A stretch of 63,995 bases of DNA, counting the filler, from Stramenopiles sp. TOSAG23-2 (taxonomy: Eukaryota): the NCBI GenBank assembly GCA_900128395.1. It is 6 parts of 6 records of this genome, joined end to end, with 100 filler letters (N's around TTAATTAATTAA, not from the genome) between each part and the next. Parts side by side here need not be neighbours in the genome. Positions count along the whole stretch, not along the records: positions 11,011 to 21,872 come from LT649982.1; positions 21,973 to 32,826 come from LT649983.1; 4 more parts are not named here. One strand, 5' to 3'. Position numbers and translations under genes: made by a program. This document shows, one piece after another, positions 12,886-22,615 of this stretch (within the stretch, counting starts at the first letter, position 1; each line of letters opens with the position of its first letter). The notes beneath the pieces were generated by a model that saw only the letters and a program-made list of their open reading frames with translations, was not told the DNA's origin and did not search any database.

Positions 12886-13375
12886 GTTTATATTGTTTGC
12901 AATACGTGTATTTGTTTGCCTTTTTCTTAATATGTAAGTGAACGTATTTGTTGTACGTGTGTATTTTTGTTTGTTTTTGCTTGCACTTCTTGGGAATAAT
13001 ATTATTCGATGTATATATTTTACTCCTAATTTTACTCCTAATTTTAGCTAAATGTTCAGTGATTTTGAGTGAATTTATTAAAAAAAAAAATTACAGTTTG
13101 GGGGAAAGGAAAAACGAGCCGCGTGGACAATAAATATTATATTATCGGGTGTGCAAGTATCCGATGATGTTCGGTATTTCAATTTTATGTATCTGTATAT
13201 ATCGATAATCTGTATAATTACACCAGGTCCATGTGTCCATGTCTCTCTGGTCTGGTGAACAGTTTAATTGTAATGTGTGTTTGTTTGTTGGGAGAGGAGA
13301 GAGGAGTGGCAGTTAAAAATAAGAATGAGGAGGGAGAGGATTATATAGGATATTGTAGTTGGTAGTATATAAATA

Positions 13376-13621
13376 TTAATATATTATATCTTCTGCCCAT
13401 ATCATCATCGATTTCACTTGTTGATACCCGTTTGATCCATCTATTTTATATTGTTTTATAGCTTTTAATTGTGATTTCATATTATCACTAAGTTGATTAT
13501 TACATAGGTTCAAGTAATCTAATGTATTGTTTGTTTTTAATACATCAATAATACTTTGTATTCCACTATCATCAGTAATATTATTATTATCTAGGGACAA
13601 TAACCATAATGTATTGTTTGT
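13376..13621 (-). pseudogene. Out-of-frame C-terminal continuation (two more LRRs plus cap) of the CHAT-helicase-LRR gene
   Basis: Reads TNNTLWLLSLDNNNITDDSGIQSIIDVLK TNNTLDYLNLCNNQLSDN.... Separated from the main ORF by a 14-bp duplication; removing it gives one 1526-aa ORF (17970..13376). Confidence 0.8.
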
Positions 13622-13636
13622 TATGTATTGTTTGTT
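13609..13636. repeat. Perfect 14-bp tandem duplication (ATGTATTGTTTGTT x2)
   Basis: 13609-13622 equals 13623-13636; it creates the TAA stop and the frameshift in the LRR array. Confidence 0.95.
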
Positions 13637-16600
13637 TTTAATACATCAATAATACTTTGTATTCCACTATCATCAGTAATATTATTATTCTGTAGGGACA
13701 ATACCTCTAATGTATTGTTTGTTTTTAATCCTTCACCAATACTTTGTACATCAGTAATATTATTAAAAGATAGCCACAATCTTGTTAATGTACTGTTTGT
13801 TTTTAACAATTCACCAATAGCTAATGCATCCTCATCCGTGAGATTCGTTCCACTCAAATTCACTTCTGTCTTTGTACCAATCTCCTGTTCCCATTTAATA
13901 TATGCAGCACTCTTTTTCTTGTCTACTGCATTGGTTTCATTTTTATTATTATCACTTCTTTGGTTATTTACATCATTTAAATCAATATTAACATCTTCTA
14001 AAGAAGTAAATAATAATTGATTCGATGGACCTATCATATTCTTGATGTCTTCTGGGATAGTATTTGTATTAAGAAAAGCTTGTTTTATTTTAATTACTTT
14101 AGCCAATGCTTTTCCACCAATGCTTTTCCGCGAATCGGAATGGATTATGATAGGCTCTTCGTTAACTTTTCCTCGTTTTGCATTGGGCTTTTTTATGGCT
14201 GTCTCGTTAGTATCTAAATCCTTGTAATCATTCTTCGCATTTTCATTTAAATTACTTTTTGATGGTATTTTTTCAATTTTTGTCAGCGATTGACTTTGCT
14301 TCTCATAAATCTTATTTCTCTCTGAATCTGGTATTTGCCTTTCATCCAATTCTGTAGTCCACATACTGTGATAAAGACCATATTGTACCGGTTTATCAAC
14401 TATGCCAACAAATAATTTTGCACGTGTAATAGCACGATATACAGATGCTTTCTTCCTATCTAATACCGGCTCTTCGATACCATCATCTATTGTCTCATCA
14501 AAGCCTACAATAATTGCTGCATCATATTCTAAACCATCTTGATTCGAAATTGTATCAACCACTATTTGTACTGATTTATGTACTAATTGAGGGAACATAC
14601 CAAACATTTTTTCTGCATTTACAATGTTAAACTTGTAACGATCATTTTCCCCATTTAATAAACTGCTAATTTGTTTAGAAAATTTAACAATTTGTAGATT
14701 TTCGTTATCATCAGGTAAAATTATTACAACATGGCCATCACTTAAACCATTCCATCCACCATCATCATTGTTGCTAGAGGTTTTAAAATGAATTAATGCA
14801 TCTACCGTTTTTAAAGCAAACTGTTTATATAAATCATTAGCTTTATCAGAATTGCTAATTAAAAATGGTTCAATGCGACTTCCGAATTTCTCAGAACATG
14901 ATGGACGATCTATGTTTTTTCTAAATAAATGCGATAACAAGGTAATTGCTTGTGTTGAACGTACAACATCACGAAGTTCAATTGTGAATACCTCTTCATT
15001 ACTTTCCAATGCACCCTTTATTGCATTATTAATCTCTCGTATTGCAGACGGTCCTTGATTATCATCGGAAAGTATTACACGTTGTTCTGCGTCTTCAAAA
15101 TGCCTTAATATTCGTCTCCATGTCTTATCATTGTTACGTACAATATGATGCGCTTCATCAATAACGACTAAATCATATTTCTTGATTGTTTCATCAATAG
15201 GTACAAATTTTAAATACACATTCATCTGATCGTCAATTTCAAGTGTTGCTTTTTGTGGATGCTCGCCTGTCTTTCTTGTGCAAAAATGTACTTGATTTAA
15301 AATCGATTCGGGATCATGTTGTACTCTATCAATATTATTATCTTCTTCCTTTTCTCCCTTGGTCTCATCATCATTGTGTTTAACTTTCCTACTTAGCATG
15401 CGTATTAATATCCATCGTATAAAAAAATAAGCAAATCCATTTTGTGTACATGCAAAAAGTATATTTGCATTTGGGTTTTCATTTAACATTTTACAAACAA
15501 AATGTAAGCCTAAAAATGTTTTACCCGTACCAGCAAATCCTTTTATATGAACACAACCGATGTTTTGTTTTTCGTTTATCGCAGTCGTATATTTTCTGTA
15601 TTTCTTTTTTTGTTCTTTTTTCAACTCATCTTGTGCTAATAATTTTAATTCGCAAATTTTCCGAAGCTTCATTATCATGTCAGATGATATATTTTGTACT
15701 AATACATCATTCAATTCCATTTCTTGTTTAATGTGGTCATCATTCAATCCCATTTCTAGTGCAATGCATCGTATTGCTATAATATTATCGTTTGCGTTTA
15801 AAATATCTACAATTTTCGAAAAGTTCTCTTTGCTACTGTCTATAAAATTGCGGAATTGTTTATAAAATATTTTATCATTGTCTGATACCTTGTTATTGGA
15901 TGTAACAGCACCTTTCAAGAGCAATTCTTTCACTCGTTCAATGTATATATTTTTAATTTCCGCGTTGTTTTGTTGAAAAAATGGATCTCCGCCTTGATGT
16001 TCCTTTGATAAATCAAAGATCGTATCATAAATCATCAGATTCTTTGCTTTCCAAATTTGCCATTTTTTTACCTTTAAACTTACAGATATTGTACTAAATT
16101 CAAAAGCATCTTTGGGTGGTTTCTGATTTACAAAAAGTTGATAATAAAAATCTACACTTAAAATTGGTGCAGCAATAGATGAAACTTTTGTTTTAAAACC
16201 ATACGAATATAAACCACCTCCATCAATAAAATATTGAACAATGTTAGAATTTTCAATAGCTGTTTCGCATGCACTCATCGTAAATAACGTGATGCCACTT
16301 TTGAGTAACATATTGATGAATAGTTTATAATCAATCCGTTCCAATGCCATGGGATTACTTTTAGTATCAATAAATGTAAGACCTAAAGGAACATCCCCTC
16401 CATCCAATTTTCCATGACCAATAAAGTGCACAAATCTATACACATTTGTTTGTATTTTGGTTTTAAAATCATCTACTGTACCTTGAAATATTTCAGCATC
16501 AGTTATGTTTTTGATTTTCTCGGCTTCTGCAATGCTCTCCTTAAAATCTACAGCAAGAAAAATTATCCCCTTTTCACCATTATATGACATGTTGGCAATA

Positions 16601-17970
16601 CGATGTTTCTCAATTTTACTGTTTTCTAATGTTTTAAGACGCGCAGTAAGTTTTTTAATATCATTGGCATTTTTTTGGACTTGATTCATCAATGTTTTAA
16701 TCTTTTTACATTCAATTGAAAACTGTTCAACATATTTCTTTTGCTCCTCTGTGAATTCCTGGAATATATCTTGCTGTTCTTTCAATTCTTTTATACATTG
16801 AAGATTTAATGTATTTAAAGCATTATTGCATACAATTAAATGTTTACCATTTTGCTCCCGATTTTTCATTTCTTCCTCAGAATTTACTGGACTACCATCA
16901 TGAAATGTTACTAATGGTATTCCTATTTTTTGGCCTAATTCCCATAATTGATCAGCCATTGGCCCGGCATCCATATCGCCAGTTAAATTGCCATATTCAT
17001 CAAGCCATTCATAAATATGTAATTCTAAATCTTCGGTCACTGATTTTAATATATTATTAGGACATGTTTCCATAATTAATTTAAAATTTGGATCGCTAGT
17101 AACTTTTAATTGACGTGCTTTTAATGTACCAAATTCACCATGGTTTGCTTTTATTTCCTCAAAATTATTAGAATCATTTATTAGTAAGTCGACCGGTGAA
17201 ACTATGTTATCAGTTGGAGCAGTACCAATTTCAGCTGCTTTAAATACTACTTTACTATTTTCATCCTGTGGATCCCGTTGGCGTTTTTTTTGTCGTATAA
17301 CTTTTCTTAATAGCTCTTGTTTTCGTTGTCGTTTCAATTTGATTGTAATTGAATGAGTATTTGAAGTGTGCCTTTGTCCTTTGAATATTTTGTTTTCCTC
17401 ATGTTTAGTAAGAACCACAGTAAAATCATCAAATTCTAGTTTTAATGGATTTAAGACTTTATTATTAGTTTTGATTGATTCTACGTTACTTTCATAGCTA
17501 CTTTTAAACCATAATTTAATTATTCCAAATTTTTGTGGATCTTCATTCCCTATCTGAATAACTATGCGATACTCAATAAATTCATTACTTCCCTTTTCTG
17601 TTTTGTTGTCCAGCCAATTAACATAAAAACTGCATCTTGAGTTTTCAATTTTATCGTTTGATCGATTTAGTATAAAATATTCATGTTCGTTATCTTCGAT
17701 ATGAGAAATGATATTTTTTGGACTATCTGTTTTTAGTTGAAACTTCAACATTCCATTATTTTTTATAATTTCGGGATATACTTTAATTTGTGTATAATTT
17801 GCATTATTATTATTATTGTTGTTGTTGTTGTTGTTGTTAGTATTGCTATTGCTACCGGTAGCATTATTAATGACGACACGATTGTCATTATTGTCATTGC
17901 CGTCGACGTCGTCGTAGTTATTGCTATTGTTGTTATTGTTGTGGGTACTATCCACATCCATATCACTCAT
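13621..17970 (-). CDS. Multidomain protein: unknown N-terminal region, coiled coil, CHAT (caspase-like) protease, Schlafen/DUF2075-like SF1 helicase, RI-type LRRs
   Basis: CHAT dyad FVHFIGHG / FTMSACET plus KVSSIAA..DFYYQL. Helicase motifs GFAGTGKT, LVVIDEAHH, LSDDNQ, LRDVVRS, VDTISNQDGLEYD, YRAITRAK. LRRs such as TNSTLTRLWLSFNNITD. Confidence 0.85.
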   Translation of the reverse strand: MSDMDVDSTHNNNNNSNNYDDVDGNDNNDNRVVINNATGSNSNTNNNNNNNNNNNNANYTQIKVYPEIIKNNGMLKFQLKTDSPKNIISHIEDNEHEYFILNRSNDKIENSRCSFYVNWLDNKTEKGSNEFIEYRIVIQIGNEDPQKFGIIKLWFKSSYESNVESIKTNNKVLNPLKLEFDDFTVVLTKHEENKIFKGQRHTSNTHSITIKLKRQRKQELLRKVIRQKKRQRDPQDENSKVVFKAAEIGTAPTDNIVSPVDLLINDSNNFEEIKANHGEFGTLKARQLKVTSDPNFKLIMETCPNNILKSVTEDLELHIYEWLDEYGNLTGDMDAGPMADQLWELGQKIGIPLVTFHDGSPVNSEEEMKNREQNGKHLIVCNNALNTLNLQCIKELKEQQDIFQEFTEEQKKYVEQFSIECKKIKTLMNQVQKNANDIKKLTARLKTLENSKIEKHRIANMSYNGEKGIIFLAVDFKESIAEAEKIKNITDAEIFQGTVDDFKTKIQTNVYRFVHFIGHGKLDGGDVPLGLTFIDTKSNPMALERIDYKLFINMLLKSGITLFTMSACETAIENSNIVQYFIDGGGLYSYGFKTKVSSIAAPILSVDFYYQLFVNQKPPKDAFEFSTISVSLKVKKWQIWKAKNLMIYDTIFDLSKEHQGGDPFFQQNNAEIKNIYIERVKELLLKGAVTSNNKVSDNDKIFYKQFRNFIDSSKENFSKIVDILNANDNIIAIRCIALEMGLNDDHIKQEMELNDVLVQNISSDMIMKLRKICELKLLAQDELKKEQKKKYRKYTTAINEKQNIGCVHIKGFAGTGKTFLGLHFVCKMLNENPNANILFACTQNGFAYFFIRWILIRMLSRKVKHNDDETKGEKEEDNNIDRVQHDPESILNQVHFCTRKTGEHPQKATLEIDDQMNVYLKFVPIDETIKKYDLVVIDEAHHIVRNNDKTWRRILRHFEDAEQRVILSDDNQGPSAIREINNAIKGALESNEEVFTIELRDVVRSTQAITLLSHLFRKNIDRPSCSEKFGSRIEPFLISNSDKANDLYKQFALKTVDALIHFKTSSNNDDGGWNGLSDGHVVIILPDDNENLQIVKFSKQISSLLNGENDRYKFNIVNAEKMFGMFPQLVHKSVQIVVDTISNQDGLEYDAAIIVGFDETIDDGIEEPVLDRKKASVYRAITRAKLFVGIVDKPVQYGLYHSMWTTELDERQIPDSERNKIYEKQSQSLTKIEKIPSKSNLNENAKNDYKDLDTNETAIKKPNAKRGKVNEEPIIIHSDSRKSIGGKALAKVIKIKQAFLNTNTIPEDIKNMIGPSNQLLFTSLEDVNIDLNDVNNQRSDNNKNETNAVDKKKSAAYIKWEQEIGTKTEVNLSGTNLTDEDALAIGELLKTNSTLTRLWLSFNNITDVQSIGEGLKTNNTLEVLSLQNNNITDDSGIQSIIDVLKTNNT

Positions 17971-18666
17971 TGTTTAATTTTGCTTTATGAAAACTTAAAA
18001 ACTGTACCAACTATACTAAGTATACAATTTAATAAATCTAATAAATATGGAATTATTCTTTAACGCGCGTTGTACGGTTATCAGTATATGGCCTGTCGTT
18101 ATCTGTGTACGTGTATTATTATCAATTGTATTTGTGTTTTTCCTATGTTTACTTATTCGGTTCAAAAGAGATTGACTTTCCCAAAAGTATAATACCAAGT
18201 TTTCCTGTCTATATGGATATATATATTTATTATATTTTATATATTATGGGTACAGGTAGAGCAACTATAAATAACTCTAGCCTGTGCAGTGCTAACGTGC
18301 TAGTATTTTATAAAAAAAATGCAAAAAAAAAGAGGGCTTGCAAATTTTTTTTGTTTGCAAAATAAAAAAAATATTTGCATTTTCACAATGGAAATAGTAT
18401 TAAAATGCAAATATTTAATCTAAATATTCAATCATAAATCCAAATTAGCTGATCCTGAACTGGAGTTCATTTCAATTAACATATAAACAACATCACGCAC
18501 TGGATATCAAAAATGACTAAAAGGACATTAATCACATAAATAACCATATATATGCATATATAAGCAAAAGAAGAAGCGGCGAGGAAAAGACGAAGTGCTA
18601 AAAACCAAAACAAAAAAAGAGGAACAAAGAAAGAAAAAGAATTAAAAAAGAAAAGAAGATTACGTA

Positions 18667-21156
18667 ATGAAACTTATACAATTATTATGTGCATGTGCAT
18701 TTATCACATGCGTTTATTTATCAACCACTACGGTCGTTGATGCAAAAGATGTAAAAGGTACAAGTACTCCTTCGAGTGACGTGCCTACCCCTTTCTCTGA
18801 AAGGGTTCACCACATTCGTGGTGTCACCGATGCTAGAGACGCAGTAGCAGACCTTGAAGCCAACCCAGCTTGCGAACCGGTAAAGGTGAAGTGTTTAGCA
18901 GACGCAGAGTGTCGAAGAGAGCTAAAGCATGTAATTGAACGTGTTCATTCCGACTCAGGTGAAAACTGGGTACAGTCATATGTTCCAAAACATACGTTAG
19001 CTTCTGATTTCAAAAGTTGCGAGATGGCTTATGCTTTTAAAGCTAAACCATCGTTTGTTGTTGGCAAAACTATATCAAATAGTAACAGTGCCTCAACACC
19101 CGCAGAGGCTATTGCCAACGCGGCTCGCGTTATTGCAGGGACTGCAATGCCATCCGATGCCGATGCATTGCTTGATCAACCAATGGCCGCACTAGAAGTT
19201 TCATTTCAAGTATTCCCAGGGCTTGACAAAGCTACAAGTGTTGAGACAGTTATTGAATCATTACCGAAAGAATGGAAAGAATGGAAAGGTGAAAATTATT
19301 TGGAGGCATCATTAATTCCTCTTACACTTGGTTCAAGTGGGCAGTTATTACAACGAAACTTTGCCATTAATACCATTAGCACTGCGATAGGGAACATGTC
19401 ACAATTGATGGTAGCAGCGAAAGTTATGGCTACGAATCAAATCAGTTTTGCTTTTGCAGCTGGTAGAGCAACTGCCACTCTAAAACAACTTACTCAACAA
19501 GTAAGTGAATGTGACTGCCTCATTGGAAATTGTCACACGTGGATCCGTGTCGACTGTGAGACCACTACGGTAACAATACCGCGTGGAGATACAAATGCTG
19601 AAATGGCTGATATCGAAACTATTTTATATATTGAAATAGCCAAAGGTATAATTAAGAATACCTCCACTGATGCTGTTGGATTAAATATGAAGAACGAGGA
19701 ACATCTTGCAAGATCACCAGGGCTTTCATCTAGTAAGAATCAATTGGCACCGATCCAATGGACACCAATCGAAGCTCTTATTGATATCATCGAACCTAAA
19801 ATTGAAGAGGAAGTGAAATCCTTACTACAACCGACCGACAGTAAAATTGTTGAAAAATTGCAAAAAGGTTTAAAATCTTTGGCGCAGGAGACAAATACAA
19901 TAGTTGATATGGCTGTTGACAAGCAAGATGTGCCAGAATTTGTAACCATTTCGCTTTATGATTTCGATAATACAACGCAAACGAAACTGCTAAAGAAGAT
20001 TGAAGGGTCGGAAAAACAAGCACGATGGAACCAAGCATCATTTATCAGTATGACAAAAGGCAAATTAAACTATTACACTGCGTACTTTGAATATGTACAG
20101 GGTAAATTTGACCTGGTGATGTGCACATTATCATCAAAATTTGATGGCGATAAAATGGAAGTGGATAAAAATGTCTGGTATGACAAACAAGGCATACGCC
20201 ACGAAAATATTACAGTGAAACACTCGCCATATTCACGAAATGACACATTACGTTTGCAAAACCAAATGGAGTTGAATTGTGATCAACAAGCGTACAACCA
20301 ATTGAAGGGGCAGCGTGGAAATAAAGCCAAGGGGTTGATCAATGCGAACTTAATTTTCCATCCACCAAGTTGGTTGGCGCACAATCATGTAATAAAGGTT
20401 CCAAATTTACTAGCAAAAATTATAAGTCGTCCAGATATATTGTTACTTCCAGTTCCTGGAAGTAAATTCCACATGTATGCTGTTATTGCAAAGAATAACT
20501 CAAACGAAGATGCAATGAAAATGTTTGAAAATGCAATTTTAAACACTAACGGTATAGTGAAAAAAATTGCTGGTGCAATATCAGACTTTATTAGCAGTGA
20601 GCATTCATCTGTGAAGTGGATCTCCCGCCATGGGGAATTTTCAAGATTTTTTGAATCGGTTAATGCATATGTCATACCAGGTATCAAAAATACTGACGAT
20701 TGTATGAAGGCAATAAAAATAATGGTAGAGGCGACGATATCTGATAACGCAGAAAAGATAATTGAACAGTTGAGTGTTTTACTGCTCTCACACAAAAACA
20801 CAAGTGGGTGGACAAAACACAATGTGCTTTTCAATGCAACAACAGGTGGTCGTGCGAGAACATTAAGCTTTCTTCATATTGTCGATGAGGACGGTTATGT
20901 TGATTTAGCGTATTGTTCTATCAATGCTACTTTTCAAACATTGGGTGATATTCAAATCACCAGTACCACACCTAAATACCTTGGTGGTTTATTCAGTGGT
21001 GATACGAAAATCACGGAGGTCGTAGAGCCACCATACTGGACTCAGAATGATACTGAAACGTTGGATGAGTATTTCAGTTTGATGTGCGAAAAGTATTTTG
21101 CACAAATATTGGGTTTGCCACCAATTCATGTTCCACCAATCCCAATTCACCATTAA
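18667..21156 (+). CDS. Secreted protein of unknown function with an internally duplicated ~120-aa domain
   Basis: Signal peptide MKLIQLLCACAFITCVYLS...VDA; repeat pairs GKFDLVMCTLSSKF / GYVDLAYCSINATF and PYSRNDTLRLQNQMELNC / PYWTQNDTETLDEYFSLMC. Confidence 0.75.
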   Translation: MKLIQLLCACAFITCVYLSTTTVVDAKDVKGTSTPSSDVPTPFSERVHHIRGVTDARDAVADLEANPACEPVKVKCLADAECRRELKHVIERVHSDSGENWVQSYVPKHTLASDFKSCEMAYAFKAKPSFVVGKTISNSNSASTPAEAIANAARVIAGTAMPSDADALLDQPMAALEVSFQVFPGLDKATSVETVIESLPKEWKEWKGENYLEASLIPLTLGSSGQLLQRNFAINTISTAIGNMSQLMVAAKVMATNQISFAFAAGRATATLKQLTQQVSECDCLIGNCHTWIRVDCETTTVTIPRGDTNAEMADIETILYIEIAKGIIKNTSTDAVGLNMKNEEHLARSPGLSSSKNQLAPIQWTPIEALIDIIEPKIEEEVKSLLQPTDSKIVEKLQKGLKSLAQETNTIVDMAVDKQDVPEFVTISLYDFDNTTQTKLLKKIEGSEKQARWNQASFISMTKGKLNYYTAYFEYVQGKFDLVMCTLSSKFDGDKMEVDKNVWYDKQGIRHENITVKHSPYSRNDTLRLQNQMELNCDQQAYNQLKGQRGNKAKGLINANLIFHPPSWLAHNHVIKVPNLLAKIISRPDILLLPVPGSKFHMYAVIAKNNSNEDAMKMFENAILNTNGIVKKIAGAISDFISSEHSSVKWISRHGEFSRFFESVNAYVIPGIKNTDDCMKAIKIMVEATISDNAEKIIEQLSVLLLSHKNTSGWTKHNVLFNATTGGRARTLSFLHIVDEDGYVDLAYCSINATFQTLGDIQITSTTPKYLGGLFSGDTKITEVVEPPYWTQNDTETLDEYFSLMCEKYFAQILGLPPIHVPPIPIHH

Positions 21157-21825
21157 GAGTATTGGTTAAATAAAGAGGTGTGTATGGACAGGTTGGGAGT
21201 TTATTTAATGTATAACTCCATTATATCACGTATTTCGATAGTTTTGGTAATCGGAAAAATAACAAAATCCAAATTTTACAAAAAAATAAAACATCATAGA
21301 TCGACACATTGTATATTGTATGGTACAACGCGTTCTGGTAAAAACAATAATATATCATATATATACGGTATACGGTATACGGATGGATATATGGCATGGC
21401 GAACGATGACTGGCCAATATATACGAAGGTAATAATAATATCATATATACGAAGGTAATATATATGATATATATAATGACAATGTGGCATAATAGCATTT
21501 TAAGTTTGTGTGTGTGAAAGAGAGAGAGGCACAGAGAGAGAGATAAAATTTTATTATGTTTTAAAAATTCACCAAAAAAAAAAAGAAAACAAAAAAAAAG
21601 TATATCAAAAACTTCTTCATCACTTCTTCTTCCATCAATAAAGAGAGGTGCAGAGTGCAGAGTGCAGAGCTTCTGTTCTGACATTGATGCGATAGATATA
21701 TTTCACTGATGCTAATGCTATGTCCATGCTTTATCCACTCCAAACACCTAACCCTAATTTTTTGCAATCAACTCGATGCTATTCCCATACTATTTATATA
21801 CTCCCGAACCCCAACCCTAATAACA

Positions 21826-21872
21826 TTGCCCCTTCACGGCGTGGCCAAAACATTCAAATTTAGACATAGGAG
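21826..21872. repeat. Dispersed repeat terminus (copy 1), possibly a mobile-element end
   Basis: 47 bp identical to 43723-43769; both copies run into contig ends. Confidence 0.8.
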
Positions 21873-21972
21873 NNNNNNNNNNNNNNNNNNNNNNNNNNNN
21901 NNNNNNNNNNNNNNNNTTAATTAATTAANNNNNNNNNNNNNNNNNNNNNNNNNNNNNNNNNNNNNNNNNNNN
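21873..21972. other. Artificial contig linker
   Basis: N44-TTAATTAATTAA-N44. Confidence 0.98.
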
Positions 21973-22615
21973 TATTCATGATGTATTACTTTCTTCGGCG
22001 TACATATATGAATAATATTGCATGTTTCAAAGAATAAATATTTTGAAAAAACTTGACTGCTTTACTTCTTTACCAGTTTTTTTCCTCCAGCCGCCAGCTA
22101 GTAAATTTATACATGTGTATAATAAGCTGGAAGAAGGAAATCTCAGCTGGGGGGACGAGGATGACTCTGCCAGTCGTCTGCGAATTTAATCATCCGCGGG
22201 TCTTCTGCCTTTTCTCCTGTTTCTAGTGCTGATAGTGGCCAGGCACTAAATATTTTTAGTACAAATTTTAGTATACTATAACCATCATCATCTCAAAAAT
22301 GCCTCACAGCACTCAGCACTCAGCACCTCACAAATAATCAAATAAATAGGTAATAATAATAAAATACCTGGTATTATTAGTATATTATAATTAGAATAAT
22401 AGGTGTTAGCTGGATGGTTAGATAGGACTGTGCACCACAACAACTATACAATTTCTACATATATGGATATATATGGATATATATATATTTTTTTATCATA
22501 ATATTACTCATAATAAGATATAGTTATCACTTCCATCAAGTACATATGTAAGATAGATACAAAAAACGGAAACATTTTTCACAACCTTCTTCGTTTGTGT
22601 TCATATTGATTGACT

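Noticed and set aside
13621-13623. Stop-codon readthrough or an alternative genetic code
   Set aside because: The continuation is in a different frame and is explained by the 14-bp duplication; TAA, TAG and TGA all end genes normally elsewhere.
13450-13800. LRR repeats as a CRISPR array or a DGR template/variable-region pair
   Set aside because: They are coding repeats without spacers, the differences are not adenine-specific, and no reverse transcriptase or cas gene is present.
21745-21820. AACCCTAA telomere-like words
   Set aside because: Isolated copies, not a tandem telomeric array.
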